DNA of 64,000 nt from Promethearchaeota archaeon (lineage in GTDB: Archaea > Asgardarchaeota > Lokiarchaeia > Sigyniarchaeales > SOKP01): positions 1-64,000 of the forward strand of contig JBHLON010000009.1 in NCBI GenBank assembly GCA_048940445.1. The letters are read 5' to 3'. Under the pieces are notes generated by a model. It did not search any database and was not told where the DNA came from. It saw only the letters and a program-made list of their open reading frames with translations. The first letter of the stretch is position 1. Each line of letters begins with the position of its first letter. A program made the translations under genes and the position numbers. Below are positions 9,587 to 18,960 of this stretch, one piece after another.

Positions 9587-9747
9587 GATATATTAAAAAT
9601 TCCACTATTTATGGATTTTTGATTATTTAATAATTATTAACAATTTTATAATTTTGTATTTTGAAAACAACATGTTCGGGTTTAGCTTTAAATCAGTTTA
9701 GTTCTTTATAAACTTAAAAAATATGACTTAATAGAGTTAATGATACT

Positions 9748-10086
9748 ATGTCAGAAGAAATTAACATTAAAGATATCGTGAAGGTACAGAACTTAAATGA
9801 AATGTTAGATTATCAAGAAGGTTCTGTAATTAGTAGAACTTTAATTGAAAAAAAACAAGGAACAGTGACTCTTTTTTCTTTTGATAAAGATCAAGGTTTA
9901 AGCGAGCATACGGCTCCATTTGACGCTATGGTACATGTTTTAGATGGAAAAGTAAAAATTACAATTTCCAAAAAAGATTATCTACTTAATGAAGGGCAAA
10001 TGATAATAATGCCAGCTAATGAACCTCATGCATTAAAAGCTCTTGAAAAATTCAAGATGATACTCATAATGATAAAAGAAGAATAA
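9748..10086 (+). CDS. Cupin domain protein
   Basis: GLSEHTAPFDAMVHVLDG and MPANEPHAL. Confidence 0.9.
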   Translation: MSEEINIKDIVKVQNLNEMLDYQEGSVISRTLIEKKQGTVTLFSFDKDQGLSEHTAPFDAMVHVLDGKVKITISKKDYLLNEGQMIIMPANEPHALKALEKFKMILIMIKEE

Positions 10087-10171
10087 TTATCTTTTTTTCT
10101 ATTTCTAGATTATTTAAATTATTTAATGTAAAAATAAAATTATCCACTATAATTCACTCAATGAATTAGAG

Positions 10172-10990
10172 ATGACAATACTCGGAATTAATTATGAAAA
10201 ATGTATTCAATGTGGATTATGTATTAAAGAGTGCCAGCGGTTCTTTATCAAAAATGAACAGCAGAACAAAATTATTTTTGAAGATCTTCATGGAAGATGT
10301 AACCTTTGTGGGCATTGTATTGCTGTATGTCCAGAAGAAGCAATATTGTATGAAAATTTAGGAGATGATCCTTATTATTTTGATGGAATAGAACATCTTG
10401 AAAATTATATATCTTATGAAAGTATTTCTAATTTTTTAAGAGCAAATCGTTCAATTCGCCATTACAAAATCAAATCAATACCTCAATCTACCCTAAAAAA
10501 AGTAATTAGAGTCATGGAATTTGCACCAACAGGAGCAAATTTAAGAGCAGAAAAAATAGCGATCATATCAGACCCGGAACAAATAAAGACTCTTTCTGAA
10601 GCAGTTATTGATGAACTTCTTAAAAATCCAAGTATCAAATCTCGTAGTGGAGATCATTTTGAAAAATTTAGAGAAATACATAAGGATCCCATTTTTCATG
10701 ATGCTCCTCATTTGATCGTTGTTTATTCTTTAGGAAACTCAGTCTTGGATCATTTTAATATAGGTAATATAATTACTTATGGTAGAATCGCGGCTCAATC
10801 TTTAGGGTTGGGTACTTGCTATATTGGATATGCTCAAATGGCTTTCGAAAGTAACCCAAAACTTCTTAAAATTGCTAAGATTACTGGGAAATGTTGGGGG
10901 GTTATTACTATAGGGTATCCTAGCATCAAATTTTTACGTTGTCCACCACGATCTCATAAAAAAGTAAAAGGTCTTGAAAAATTGGGTTGA
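10172..10990 (+). CDS. Nitroreductase family protein with N-terminal 2x[4Fe-4S] ferredoxin
   Basis: CIQCGLCIKEC, CNLCGHCIAVCP, RSIRHY, APTGAN, GLGTCYIG. Confidence 0.9.
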   Translation: MTILGINYEKCIQCGLCIKECQRFFIKNEQQNKIIFEDLHGRCNLCGHCIAVCPEEAILYENLGDDPYYFDGIEHLENYISYESISNFLRANRSIRHYKIKSIPQSTLKKVIRVMEFAPTGANLRAEKIAIISDPEQIKTLSEAVIDELLKNPSIKSRSGDHFEKFREIHKDPIFHDAPHLIVVYSLGNSVLDHFNIGNIITYGRIAAQSLGLGTCYIGYAQMAFESNPKLLKIAKITGKCWGVITIGYPSIKFLRCPPRSHKKVKGLEKLG

Positions 10991-11028
10991 ATTCAATTAA
11001 TAACAAGAAAAAAATTATTATTGAAGAA

Positions 11029-11937
11029 TTAAATTTGTATTGAAGAATCAATAATAATGGATAAAATGTAAATCAGAAGAGTAGCATGAAACAAAGGCAA
11101 TGCCTTCAATCTCTCCTTCAGGTCTTTAGATTTTACAATAATAAAGTTCGCTCCTATTATGAGTACCCAGCCAAATGCAAATCCTATTTGGGCTATGATC
11201 CCTAGATCAAGAAAAGCAAAAATCATAGATGTTACAATTTGAATCGAGGAAAAAGAAATAATCCATATAATATTTCCTTTAACACCATATAAGCCAGTAA
11301 TTGTTTTAAGATTTTTAGCTGCATCATTTTTTACATCAACAATATCATTTGCCCCAAGGTGAGCAAGGGCCCAGGGATACATGAATAAAAGATAAAGAAC
11401 AACTGTAAAATCAAAATATCCAAAGCATAGATACCCTGCGATTGGAAATAAAAGCAGATCAGTTCTTCCAAGAATCTGAGCAATTGGAAATCTTTGTTTC
11501 CTCTTCACAATCTGATAGAACACTTCCATTGAATAAGCGTAGGCCATAATAATATAAATGAATATAAAGTGGGGATATGGTAAAAATGCTATTAAAATTG
11601 TCGTAATTGAAACAAGAATAATAAATACACTGATCGCTTCCTTTAAAGAAATCTTTCCAGAAGGAATAGGTCGTTCATTAAAGGGTCTCCAATAATTTGT
11701 AAGTGTATTATCAATATCTAATTCATCAATACGATAGTCAATGATGTCATTTAACACCATCCCAGCCTCAAACCCGAAGAGTCCAATAAAAATAGCAAGT
11801 ATAAGAAGACTCCAAGAAAAATAATTATAATTTCTAAATGCAAGAATTAAACCCGAGCAAAATAGTAAAGGCCATACAGGGGCGAAATGAGCTCGTGTTA
11901 AATCTATATAAGCTTTAATTTTTTCCTTTAATCTCAT
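11029..11937 (-). CDS. UbiA family prenyltransferase
   Basis: NDIIDYRID...RPIPSGKIS and NDIVDVKND Asp-rich motifs; multi-TM. Confidence 0.88.
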   Translation of the reverse strand: MRLKEKIKAYIDLTRAHFAPVWPLLFCSGLILAFRNYNYFSWSLLILAIFIGLFGFEAGMVLNDIIDYRIDELDIDNTLTNYWRPFNERPIPSGKISLKEAISVFIILVSITTILIAFLPYPHFIFIYIIMAYAYSMEVFYQIVKRKQRFPIAQILGRTDLLLFPIAGYLCFGYFDFTVVLYLLFMYPWALAHLGANDIVDVKNDAAKNLKTITGLYGVKGNIIWIISFSSIQIVTSMIFAFLDLGIIAQIGFAFGWVLIIGANFIIVKSKDLKERLKALPLFHATLLIYILSIIIDSSIQI

Positions 11938-12184
11938 ATAAAAAACCTATCTTAAAAAAGTGAATACTTTAAGAAAGATTTTACTATTTTAAAATAAATT
12001 GGAGTCCAAATTTTGCTATTAAAACAGCTTATAAAGTCTCTTGTAAATAAATTTTTTATAATAACAGAATGTTTAATTTTCATTTATTATTATGTAAAAA
12101 ATTTTTAATATAATACTCTAAAATCCAAAGATTTTTTAATTAAACTAGTCTGAATTTAATTTAGAAATCAAATAAAATTTGGAT

Positions 12185-14449
12185 ATGAAGTCAAGAAATT
12201 TATTTATATTTTCAATTTTTGTGTTATCCATTCTTCTAGTTTCAATGAGTGAAAATGGAGTCTCTTCAGTAAAAGCGAGTAACTCTTTAAGTGTAAATAA
12301 CAAATTTGAATTTTTAGAGTATTCAGTCAACAAAGGAACTTATAAAAACTTAAGTTCATTTGATTTTAATTTACCTTCTTCGTCTTGGAGTATTAAAGAT
12401 GTTAAATTAAATTTTAGTGAGGTAGAGTTTGGGCCTGAGTCCAAGATTATTGAAGATAATCCTGTTAATTCTGCTACTATTGATAAATTTACTGATGGTT
12501 TAGGAGTCCAACTTAAAATACTGGATCCAACTATTGTTTACGGAGTAGAAATATATGGTAATAATGAATCATCTGAGAGCAAATCCATTTATTTCCAGAT
12601 AAAAGGGTATGATGATTTAACTAATGCCCCAAACACTCAAATTTATAGCCCCTTGTTAAATTTAAATATGACTTTTTCACTTGCACCTACTTGGCACCAC
12701 CAAACCTTTTCTACACCAATATTCCTCCCAACTGGAGAATATTATATCATAATTGATGGTGCTGCTATAGGAAATAGTCCAAAATCAGATTACTTTTGGT
12801 ATTTTAATGATGCTAATCCTAACAATCCAAATTTGTATACTTCATCATATGATGGTGCGTCTTGGACAAATGGTTCTCAAGGAGCTCCTTTTCTTTATAA
12901 GCTAACTCGAAAACTTAATTCTTCCGTTTTCCCAGAGGCTATCAATATGACTACTCAAATTAACGGTAAATCTTATAAAGTATCAAATGGAAATGCTTAC
13001 GGAAAAGGATATCTAAAGAAAAAGGACATTAATTTCCATCCTAATAATGATTTTGTTAGTTTTAAGGTTAAAAATAATAAAACTGAGAACTTGAATTTTA
13101 ATCTAGACTACACACTTCACATTAATAATATATTTGATGCTGAGAGTTCTGTTATTATTAGATATAACGATTCTAATGATTGGATTATTAATCCTATAAT
13201 CACAAGAGCTTCTAACAACCATACAGTGAAACTCTTTTTTCCAAAAAGTTGGAATAATCTAAGAATAATCAAGAATAAGTTAGATATTTCTTCAGATGTT
13301 ATTATTGACACATTGAACAATTATTTAATAATCCCTAATAATACCATTGAAGATAATGCAGAATGGGAAATATACGCTAATTCCCCAGACACAGAATTTA
13401 TAATTAATGCTCCTATAATTGAATTTAAAGCAGGACAAGAATTACTCTTTTCAATCACCTCTCCTTTAGAGGGTAATTATACATTTGTACTAATTAATCC
13501 AATAGATATAGTAAAATATCAGACTGTAAGACAAATACCATTAGAATCTAATACTTTTTCATATACTATCCCTACGAATGCAATTGAGGGGAATTATATT
13601 GCCTACGTTTTTTGGAATAACAAGACAGATGTGGGGGTTCAGTCTCAAGTATTTTTCATATCAGCAAATTTACCTGAAACAATACCACAAGATTTCTCAA
13701 TTTTTATAATTATCGGAAGTATTATAATTGGTGGGGCTGTTATTGGTTATTCGAGTTATGTTATTGTTAAAAGAGCTGAATCAACTAGAAGAGATAAGTT
13801 ACATAAAATTCTAGAACAATGTAATGATGTTTTGAATTTAAAATATGTTATAATATTAGACTCTAATACCGGAATCGACTTATATTCACAATCCTTCGAA
13901 GAGAAAGAATTAGATTCTACCTTAATTTCAGGTTTTCTTCAAGCTATTCATAATTTTGGTGTTGAAGTAATAGATGGTGCGAAGGAATCTCGAACTGTGA
14001 AAGTAGAATATAAAAATTCGATTATTTTAATGACTGAATTTATCAATTTGCGATTAATCGTTATAATGAAGAGTAACCCAACCAAAAATTTTCTATATTC
14101 CATTGAATCGCTTGCATACCATATTTACAAATATTATGGAAAGTTAATAGATGATTTTCAAGGAAATCTTAAACCATTCCGAAGTATACAAAAATTAATT
14201 GATAGCGATTTAAACGTTTCATTCCGTTATCCTTTAAGAGTCTCAATCTCCAAAAACTTTAAGCTAAACCAAAGTGAAAAAGATATGATCAAAAAAGCGA
14301 CTACTTTTATGAAGGATAACGATTTTACTTATTTTTATGCAATATATCTTCTACCAGAAAATGAATGCGGACCAAAAGATTATGAAACTCTCCTCAGTTT
14401 GATAAAAAAAGGAGTTTTTGTACCTGTTAAGAAGCAAAAGTATGGATAG
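12185..14449 (+). CDS. Single-pass membrane protein: signal peptide, beta-rich ectodomain, TM, cytoplasmic longin-like domain, C-terminal wHTH-like domain
   Basis: N-terminal hydrophobic signal; many N-x-S/T sequons; TM FSIFIIIGSIIIGGAVIGYSSYVIV; then YVIILDSNTGIDLYSQSF...LISGFLQAIHNFGVEV, typical of Asgard longin-like domains. Confidence 0.75.
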   Translation: MKSRNLFIFSIFVLSILLVSMSENGVSSVKASNSLSVNNKFEFLEYSVNKGTYKNLSSFDFNLPSSSWSIKDVKLNFSEVEFGPESKIIEDNPVNSATIDKFTDGLGVQLKILDPTIVYGVEIYGNNESSESKSIYFQIKGYDDLTNAPNTQIYSPLLNLNMTFSLAPTWHHQTFSTPIFLPTGEYYIIIDGAAIGNSPKSDYFWYFNDANPNNPNLYTSSYDGASWTNGSQGAPFLYKLTRKLNSSVFPEAINMTTQINGKSYKVSNGNAYGKGYLKKKDINFHPNNDFVSFKVKNNKTENLNFNLDYTLHINNIFDAESSVIIRYNDSNDWIINPIITRASNNHTVKLFFPKSWNNLRIIKNKLDISSDVIIDTLNNYLIIPNNTIEDNAEWEIYANSPDTEFIINAPIIEFKAGQELLFSITSPLEGNYTFVLINPIDIVKYQTVRQIPLESNTFSYTIPTNAIEGNYIAYVFWNNKTDVGVQSQVFFISANLPETIPQDFSIFIIIGSIIIGGAVIGYSSYVIVKRAESTRRDKLHKILEQCNDVLNLKYVIILDSNTGIDLYSQSFEEKELDSTLISGFLQAIHNFGVEVIDGAKESRTVKVEYKNSIILMTEFINLRLIVIMKSNPTKNFLYSIESLAYHIYKYYGKLIDDFQGNLKPFRSIQKLIDSDLNVSFRYPLRVSISKNFKLNQSEKDMIKKATTFMKDNDFTYFYAIYLLPENECGPKDYETLLSLIKKGVFVPVKKQKYG

Positions 14450-14460
14450 TAGAATTAGAA

Positions 14461-14985
14461 TTAATACATATTATTTGATACTGTAAGCATTAATTTAGAA
14501 AGAGTCTCAAAAATTCTTTCAACATTAAGCCCCGTTTTACTAGAACATTCGATAAAGTCATTTAAATGGTGAGAAGTAGTAAGTTCAAATCCTTCCACGA
14601 AAGATACTTGGCGATCTTCTTCTAAATCTATTTTACCTCCTACAAGAATAATTGGAAAGCTTTCATTTGTTTCATGTATAACAGATAACCAATCTTCAAT
14701 ATGAAAAGTGGAAGGATAGCTTGTAATATCATACATCAAAATTCCACCACTAGCACCACGTATATATCTCGGAAGTAAAAATCTGAACCTTTCTTCTCCA
14801 CCAAAATCCCAAATCTGCAGCTTTATCTCTTTTCCTTCGACTTCAATTGACTTAACTACAAAATCTACCCCAATTGTCATTTGTGTATCGGATATAAATA
14901 AATTTGTCATAAATCTCTTAGTAAGGGCTGTCTTACCGCTTCCAGCATCGCCAAAAATAACTACTTTGAAAATTGCGTCATACAT
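14461..14985 (-). CDS. Rab-like small GTPase
   Basis: G1 GDAGSGKT, TIGVDF, KLQIWDFGGEERFR, YIRGA, LMYDIT, G4 GKID, G5 CSSK. Confidence 0.93.
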   Translation of the reverse strand: MYDAIFKVVIFGDAGSGKTALTKRFMTNLFISDTQMTIGVDFVVKSIEVEGKEIKLQIWDFGGEERFRFLLPRYIRGASGGILMYDITSYPSTFHIEDWLSVIHETNESFPIILVGGKIDLEEDRQVSFVEGFELTTSHHLNDFIECSSKTGLNVERIFETLSKLMLTVSNNMY

Positions 14986-15314
14986 AGTGCATTCTCTAGC
15001 TCTTCAACTCAACCTTAATTAAACTATATATACTGTTTTGCTACATAAAGATTTTCTTTATTTTTTATTAAATATATCATTATTCACTCTAATAAAGCTT
15101 AATGAAAAACCTATATATGAGGGAACTTAATCAAAGAAACCAATGTTCTAAATTTAATATCAACCTAAAAATTTAGAAAGGTTCATAAATCTTATGTTAT
15201 AAATTAGATTTAAAATTATGCTTAAATTTAGTAATTTAATTTATTGCTATTAAATCTCTTTAAGTTTTAGAATTTTCTCATTAATAAGTAATTAGTTATT
15301 AAAAGCACTATAAA

Positions 15315-16163
15315 GTGATAAAATTGGAAGCATTATTAGGTTTTTTGATGATTTTTATTATCGGGTCTTTTAGCCTTATAGGCGTTTTTATGATTTCCTT
15401 AAAAGAGGCAACATTAGATAGATTTTTATTTATTTTAGTAGCTTTTGCTACTGGTACTATCCTTGCTACAGCACTATTTGATTTAATTCCGGAATCAATT
15501 CACCATCTCGAAGAGTTAAATGCCGGTGGCGCTGGAATTAGTGAATCTTTATTATTTTCTTATATTATTATAGGATTTGTGGTGTTCTTTATTATTGAAA
15601 GATTTATCTACTGGTTCCATGGTCATGCTCACGAAAAAGAAAATCAATTAGTTTGTTATGATGATCTCACCGAAGGTACGGGAAAGATTGTTCAAAAAAG
15701 TGGAAAGATAAAAAATTTTGCTCTCCTTAACTTAATCGGAGACAGCTTACACAACTTTTTAGATGGAGTCATAATTATGGTTGGATTTTTGAATGGAGTA
15801 AGTACTGGATTGATAATCACACTTGCTGTTTTATTTCATGAATTACCACAGGAAATTGGGGATTTTTCAATTCTCGTTTATGGGGGATTCACTAAAAAAA
15901 AAGCTCTTTTATTTAATTTTATAAGTGGGATGATTGCATTGTTGGGGGGGTTATTAGCTTATATGCTTTCAGAAATAGTGAGCATTTTTAACTTATTTTT
16001 TTTAGCTTTTTCTGGGGGAGGGTTTTTATATATAGCAAGCACTGAATTAATGCCGGAATTAATAAAAGAGAAAAACCTAAAAAAATCTATTGTCCAAGCA
16101 CTCATTTTCTTAATTGGTTTGATACTAATAATGTGCATGATATTACTTTTACCACATGCATAA
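15315..16163 (+). CDS. ZIP family metal transporter
   Basis: HGHAH loop, GDSLHNFLDG, HELPQEIGDF. Confidence 0.93.
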   Translation: MIKLEALLGFLMIFIIGSFSLIGVFMISLKEATLDRFLFILVAFATGTILATALFDLIPESIHHLEELNAGGAGISESLLFSYIIIGFVVFFIIERFIYWFHGHAHEKENQLVCYDDLTEGTGKIVQKSGKIKNFALLNLIGDSLHNFLDGVIIMVGFLNGVSTGLIITLAVLFHELPQEIGDFSILVYGGFTKKKALLFNFISGMIALLGGLLAYMLSEIVSIFNLFFLAFSGGGFLYIASTELMPELIKEKNLKKSIVQALIFLIGLILIMCMILLLPHA

Positions 16164-16236
16164 AAAGATTCTCTGTTTCTAAAAAAACAAGTAAAGAAAA
16201 AAAATTTTTTAAATTATAATTTAAAAAATTCTTGTA

Positions 16237-16353
16237 TTATTTTCTAGCTGGCTTCTTTTTAGGAGCAGCCTTTTTTTTTGGAGCCGGCTTCTTTTTTGGG
16301 GCTGCTTTTTTTTTAGGGGCCGTTTTCTTTTTAGGAGCTGCCTTTTTTGCCAT
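16237..16353 (-). CDS. 38-aa Lys/Ala/Pro-rich histone-H1-tail-like microprotein
   Basis: Not in ORF track. ATG at 16353 to TAA at 16237 encodes MAKKAAPKKKTAPKKKAAPKKKPAPKKKAAPKKKPARK; repeat units use varied synonymous codons; purine-rich AGGAAAAGGG upstream. Confidence 0.8.
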   Translation of the reverse strand: MAKKAAPKKKTAPKKKAAPKKKPAPKKKAAPKKKPARK

Positions 16354-16902
16354 TCTGCTTCCCTTTTCCTGTTTTTAATTTCATTTCTATAAAATAGTAA
16401 AAATATGAAAAAATATACACATCACTTAAATTTAAATGTTTAGCTTGGAATTATTACTTTTTACCTATTATCTTTTATAGAATAAATGCGTTTGAGTTCT
16501 CTGAGATTTAGCAAAAAAGAACTGTTTCCAAGAAAAAACTATAAAATTGTTTGATTTAAGCGTCTTAAATTATCATTAAATGATATAATTAAAAATATAT
16601 AATGAATAACTGCTAAATAAGTAGGAAATAAAAAAAAATTATTAAGGATAGATTTAATGTTGAGATTTACTCTTTTAAAAGATACGCTGTATAATGAATC
16701 CTACTTTCAGGACTGACGCCTCCTAAAAAAGATTGATGTAATAATAAAAGCAAAACATTCAAATGCTAATCTATTTTTTTTAAAAGAGAAAGAAATACAA
16801 TAACATTTTCTTAACTTACATTTAGCTATTATGCAATACTGAAATTTTATATATTTGTACTTTTTCTATTAGAACTAACACATGTAGTATAGTGAGTGTA
16901 TT

Positions 16903-17307
16903 ATGGGAAAAGATAAGGATAAAGATAAAGACAAGGATAAAGATAAAGACAAAGAAAAAGACAAGGACAAAGAAAAGAAAGAGAAAAAAGAAAAAGAAAA
17001 AGAGAAGGATAAGGACAAAGATAAAGAAAAAAAAGATAAAGAGAAAGATAAAGAGAAGAAAGAGAAAGATAAGGAAAAGGAAAAAGTTTCTTTAGATGAA
17101 GAATGGAAACTAAATATAAGTAAGAATCTTGATTCCTTGACTCATACTTACGAAAAAATTGCTAACAAATTTAGGGACATTGATAATTATATATTAAAAA
17201 GCGCTAAATCAGAAGAAGATTTTTTCGAGAAAGTTAAGAAGAATATTGAAGACTTACCGGAATCCTCACAACAGATATTCTTAACGTTCCTAAAATCTAT
17301 TGAATAA
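16903..17307 (+). CDS. Protein with about 60-aa N-terminal KD/KE alternating-charge tract and helical C-terminal domain
   Basis: MGKDKDKDKDKDKDKDKEK...KEKEKVSLDEEWK; mixed AAA/AAG and GAT/GAC/GAA/GAG codons. Confidence 0.8.
   Translation: MGKDKDKDKDKDKDKDKEKDKDKEKKEKKEKEKEKDKDKDKEKKDKEKDKEKKEKDKEKEKVSLDEEWKLNISKNLDSLTHTYEKIANKFRDIDNYILKSAKSEEDFFEKVKKNIEDLPESSQQIFLTFLKSIE
16909..17085 (+). repeat. Degenerate hexanucleotide (AARGAN) coding repeat
   Basis: aaagat/aaggat/aaagac/aaggac/aaagaa units encoding K-D/K-E. Confidence 0.8.
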
Positions 17308-17319
17308 TTATAAATAACT

Positions 17320-17700
17320 TTATTTCAACTTTTTTTCTAGAGTTTTGATTTGACGATTAATTTCCTTCATTTTAGCGTTCTTTTCATTAGAAATAGATTT
17401 TAACTTCTGATCTAAACTCTTCTTTTTTTCTTTCTCTAAATTTTTATGCTGTTTTTTTAGCGTATTTAAAAGACTATTTAGCTTTTTCTGCTCTGAAACT
17501 AAACTCGCAACAGAATTATTTACTCCATTGAGTTTATCTTGATTAGTTTTAATTATTACTTCCACTTCACTTATTTTCGAATCGAATTCTTCCGCAATTC
17601 TACTCTTTACATATGTTTCTTTTTTCTTTGCACCTTCTTCCACTTCCATAATCCTATTTGCTATTTTATTAATTTGGTCTCTAAGTTCCTCTTCCGACAT
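17320..17700 (-). CDS. Coiled-coil protein
   Basis: Heptad-like E/K/L/I-rich sequence with no Pro. Confidence 0.7.
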   Translation of the reverse strand: MSEEELRDQINKIANRIMEVEEGAKKKETYVKSRIAEEFDSKISEVEVIIKTNQDKLNGVNNSVASLVSEQKKLNSLLNTLKKQHKNLEKEKKKSLDQKLKSISNEKNAKMKEINRQIKTLEKKLK

Positions 17701-17850
17701 AGTGCTTTCCTAGAACAAATTTTTCAATTAAGATTTTATCTAATAATTTACCCTAATTACCCTAAGAAATACTTTCTTTATAATTCTTTATATTTCTAAA
17801 TTTCCTTTATGTAAGCAATTAAAGTAATTTAGTCCTTTAAAACAAGTAGA

Positions 17851-18765
17851 TTAAATTTTCTTCTTTGAAATAGAAATTTTCTTGAGAAGAGGTTTTATAA
17901 AATTAACTTTTTGAGGATTACATATTTCAATTTTTGGTAACAATTGCTTCATATCATTATTATCGGGATCAATTTCTAAGATATAGTTACAAAAATCTAA
18001 TGCAAAAGAATATTCCTTCAATTTATATAAATGAAGAGCAAGCTGATTCCAAATTTTAATATCAGTTGTTTCTTTTTCGATTGTGAGATGGATTAGTTCA
18101 TTTAGCTTCATATTGCCGTTAATGTAGTCTTTAACTTCTTTAGCTGGTTTTATAGGACCTGAATGACCATCGCACAATATATCAACGTGTAAATCTTTTA
18201 ATCTCTTCATAGAATCAAAATAGTTATTGTAATTACCACCATGAATTCTTAAAGTAAGTCCCGCGATATCACCACCAAAAAGAATTTTTGATTCACCTCT
18301 CCTTAAGAAATATGCTACTGCTCCTGGAGTATGCCCTGGAGTATGAATACATTTCAATTTAAATTCATCAAACCTTAAAACATCATTTGCTTTAAGTTTT
18401 CTGGTTAACTTAATGGGAGTATAATTATATCCGGGATAAGATTCGGACATTTCTTTGATTTCAAGTTTTTGTTCGATTCTTTTCGCATCTGATTCATGAG
18501 CATAGAATTTAATATTTTCATTAATCTCTTTAAGTTGGTAACAAGCCCCAAAATGATCTAAGTGGCCATGTGTAATTAAGCAATGATTAATATCTTTAGA
18601 ACAAAAACCTTTTTTTTCAATTTCATTAAGAAATTTTGTATAAAGACCAGGATCAATTACAATTAAGCCTTCAGCACTCCTTGTATCAATTAAATACTTT
18701 GAACTATCAAAAAGAGGACCACCATAAGGATTAATACTATAAACGTAATCATTAATTTTTTCCAT
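17851..18765 (-). CDS. MBL-fold metallo-hydrolase with C-terminal TPR-like motif
   Basis: THGHLDH, HTPGHTPG, FGGD, DGHS; C-terminal ALDFCNYILEIDPDN; ATG at 18765 preferred. Confidence 0.87.
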   Translation of the reverse strand: MEKINDYVYSINPYGGPLFDSSKYLIDTRSAEGLIVIDPGLYTKFLNEIEKKGFCSKDINHCLITHGHLDHFGACYQLKEINENIKFYAHESDAKRIEQKLEIKEMSESYPGYNYTPIKLTRKLKANDVLRFDEFKLKCIHTPGHTPGAVAYFLRRGESKILFGGDIAGLTLRIHGGNYNNYFDSMKRLKDLHVDILCDGHSGPIKPAKEVKDYINGNMKLNELIHLTIEKETTDIKIWNQLALHLYKLKEYSFALDFCNYILEIDPDNNDMKQLLPKIEICNPQKVNFIKPLLKKISISKKKI

Positions 18766-18960
18766 ATTCAACGCAATTTCAATGATACTGTCTGTGATTG
18801 TATTATACAATCTAAATATTAAATAGTTTAGAGTAATGAACTTCAATGGGAGTTTTATATAAAATCTTTTCGATAATTTTGTCAAAGGAAAGATTGAATT
18901 CTTATTAATGATAATAGAAAAGTAATACTATCAGAAAAATTAAAAAGATTGTGAATAGAA

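Noticed and set aside
16695-16730. CTGACGCCTCCTA resembles the 3' end of a fluoride (crcB) riboswitch
   Set aside because: The 5' GGxGATGGxGTTCxCC pseudoknot partner is absent and no fluoride-related gene lies downstream.
16892-17095. K/R/I-rich 67-aa ORF that looks like a protamine
   Set aside because: Alternate frame of the KD/KE repeat; third-position variation fits the KD/KE frame, which continues into a folded domain.
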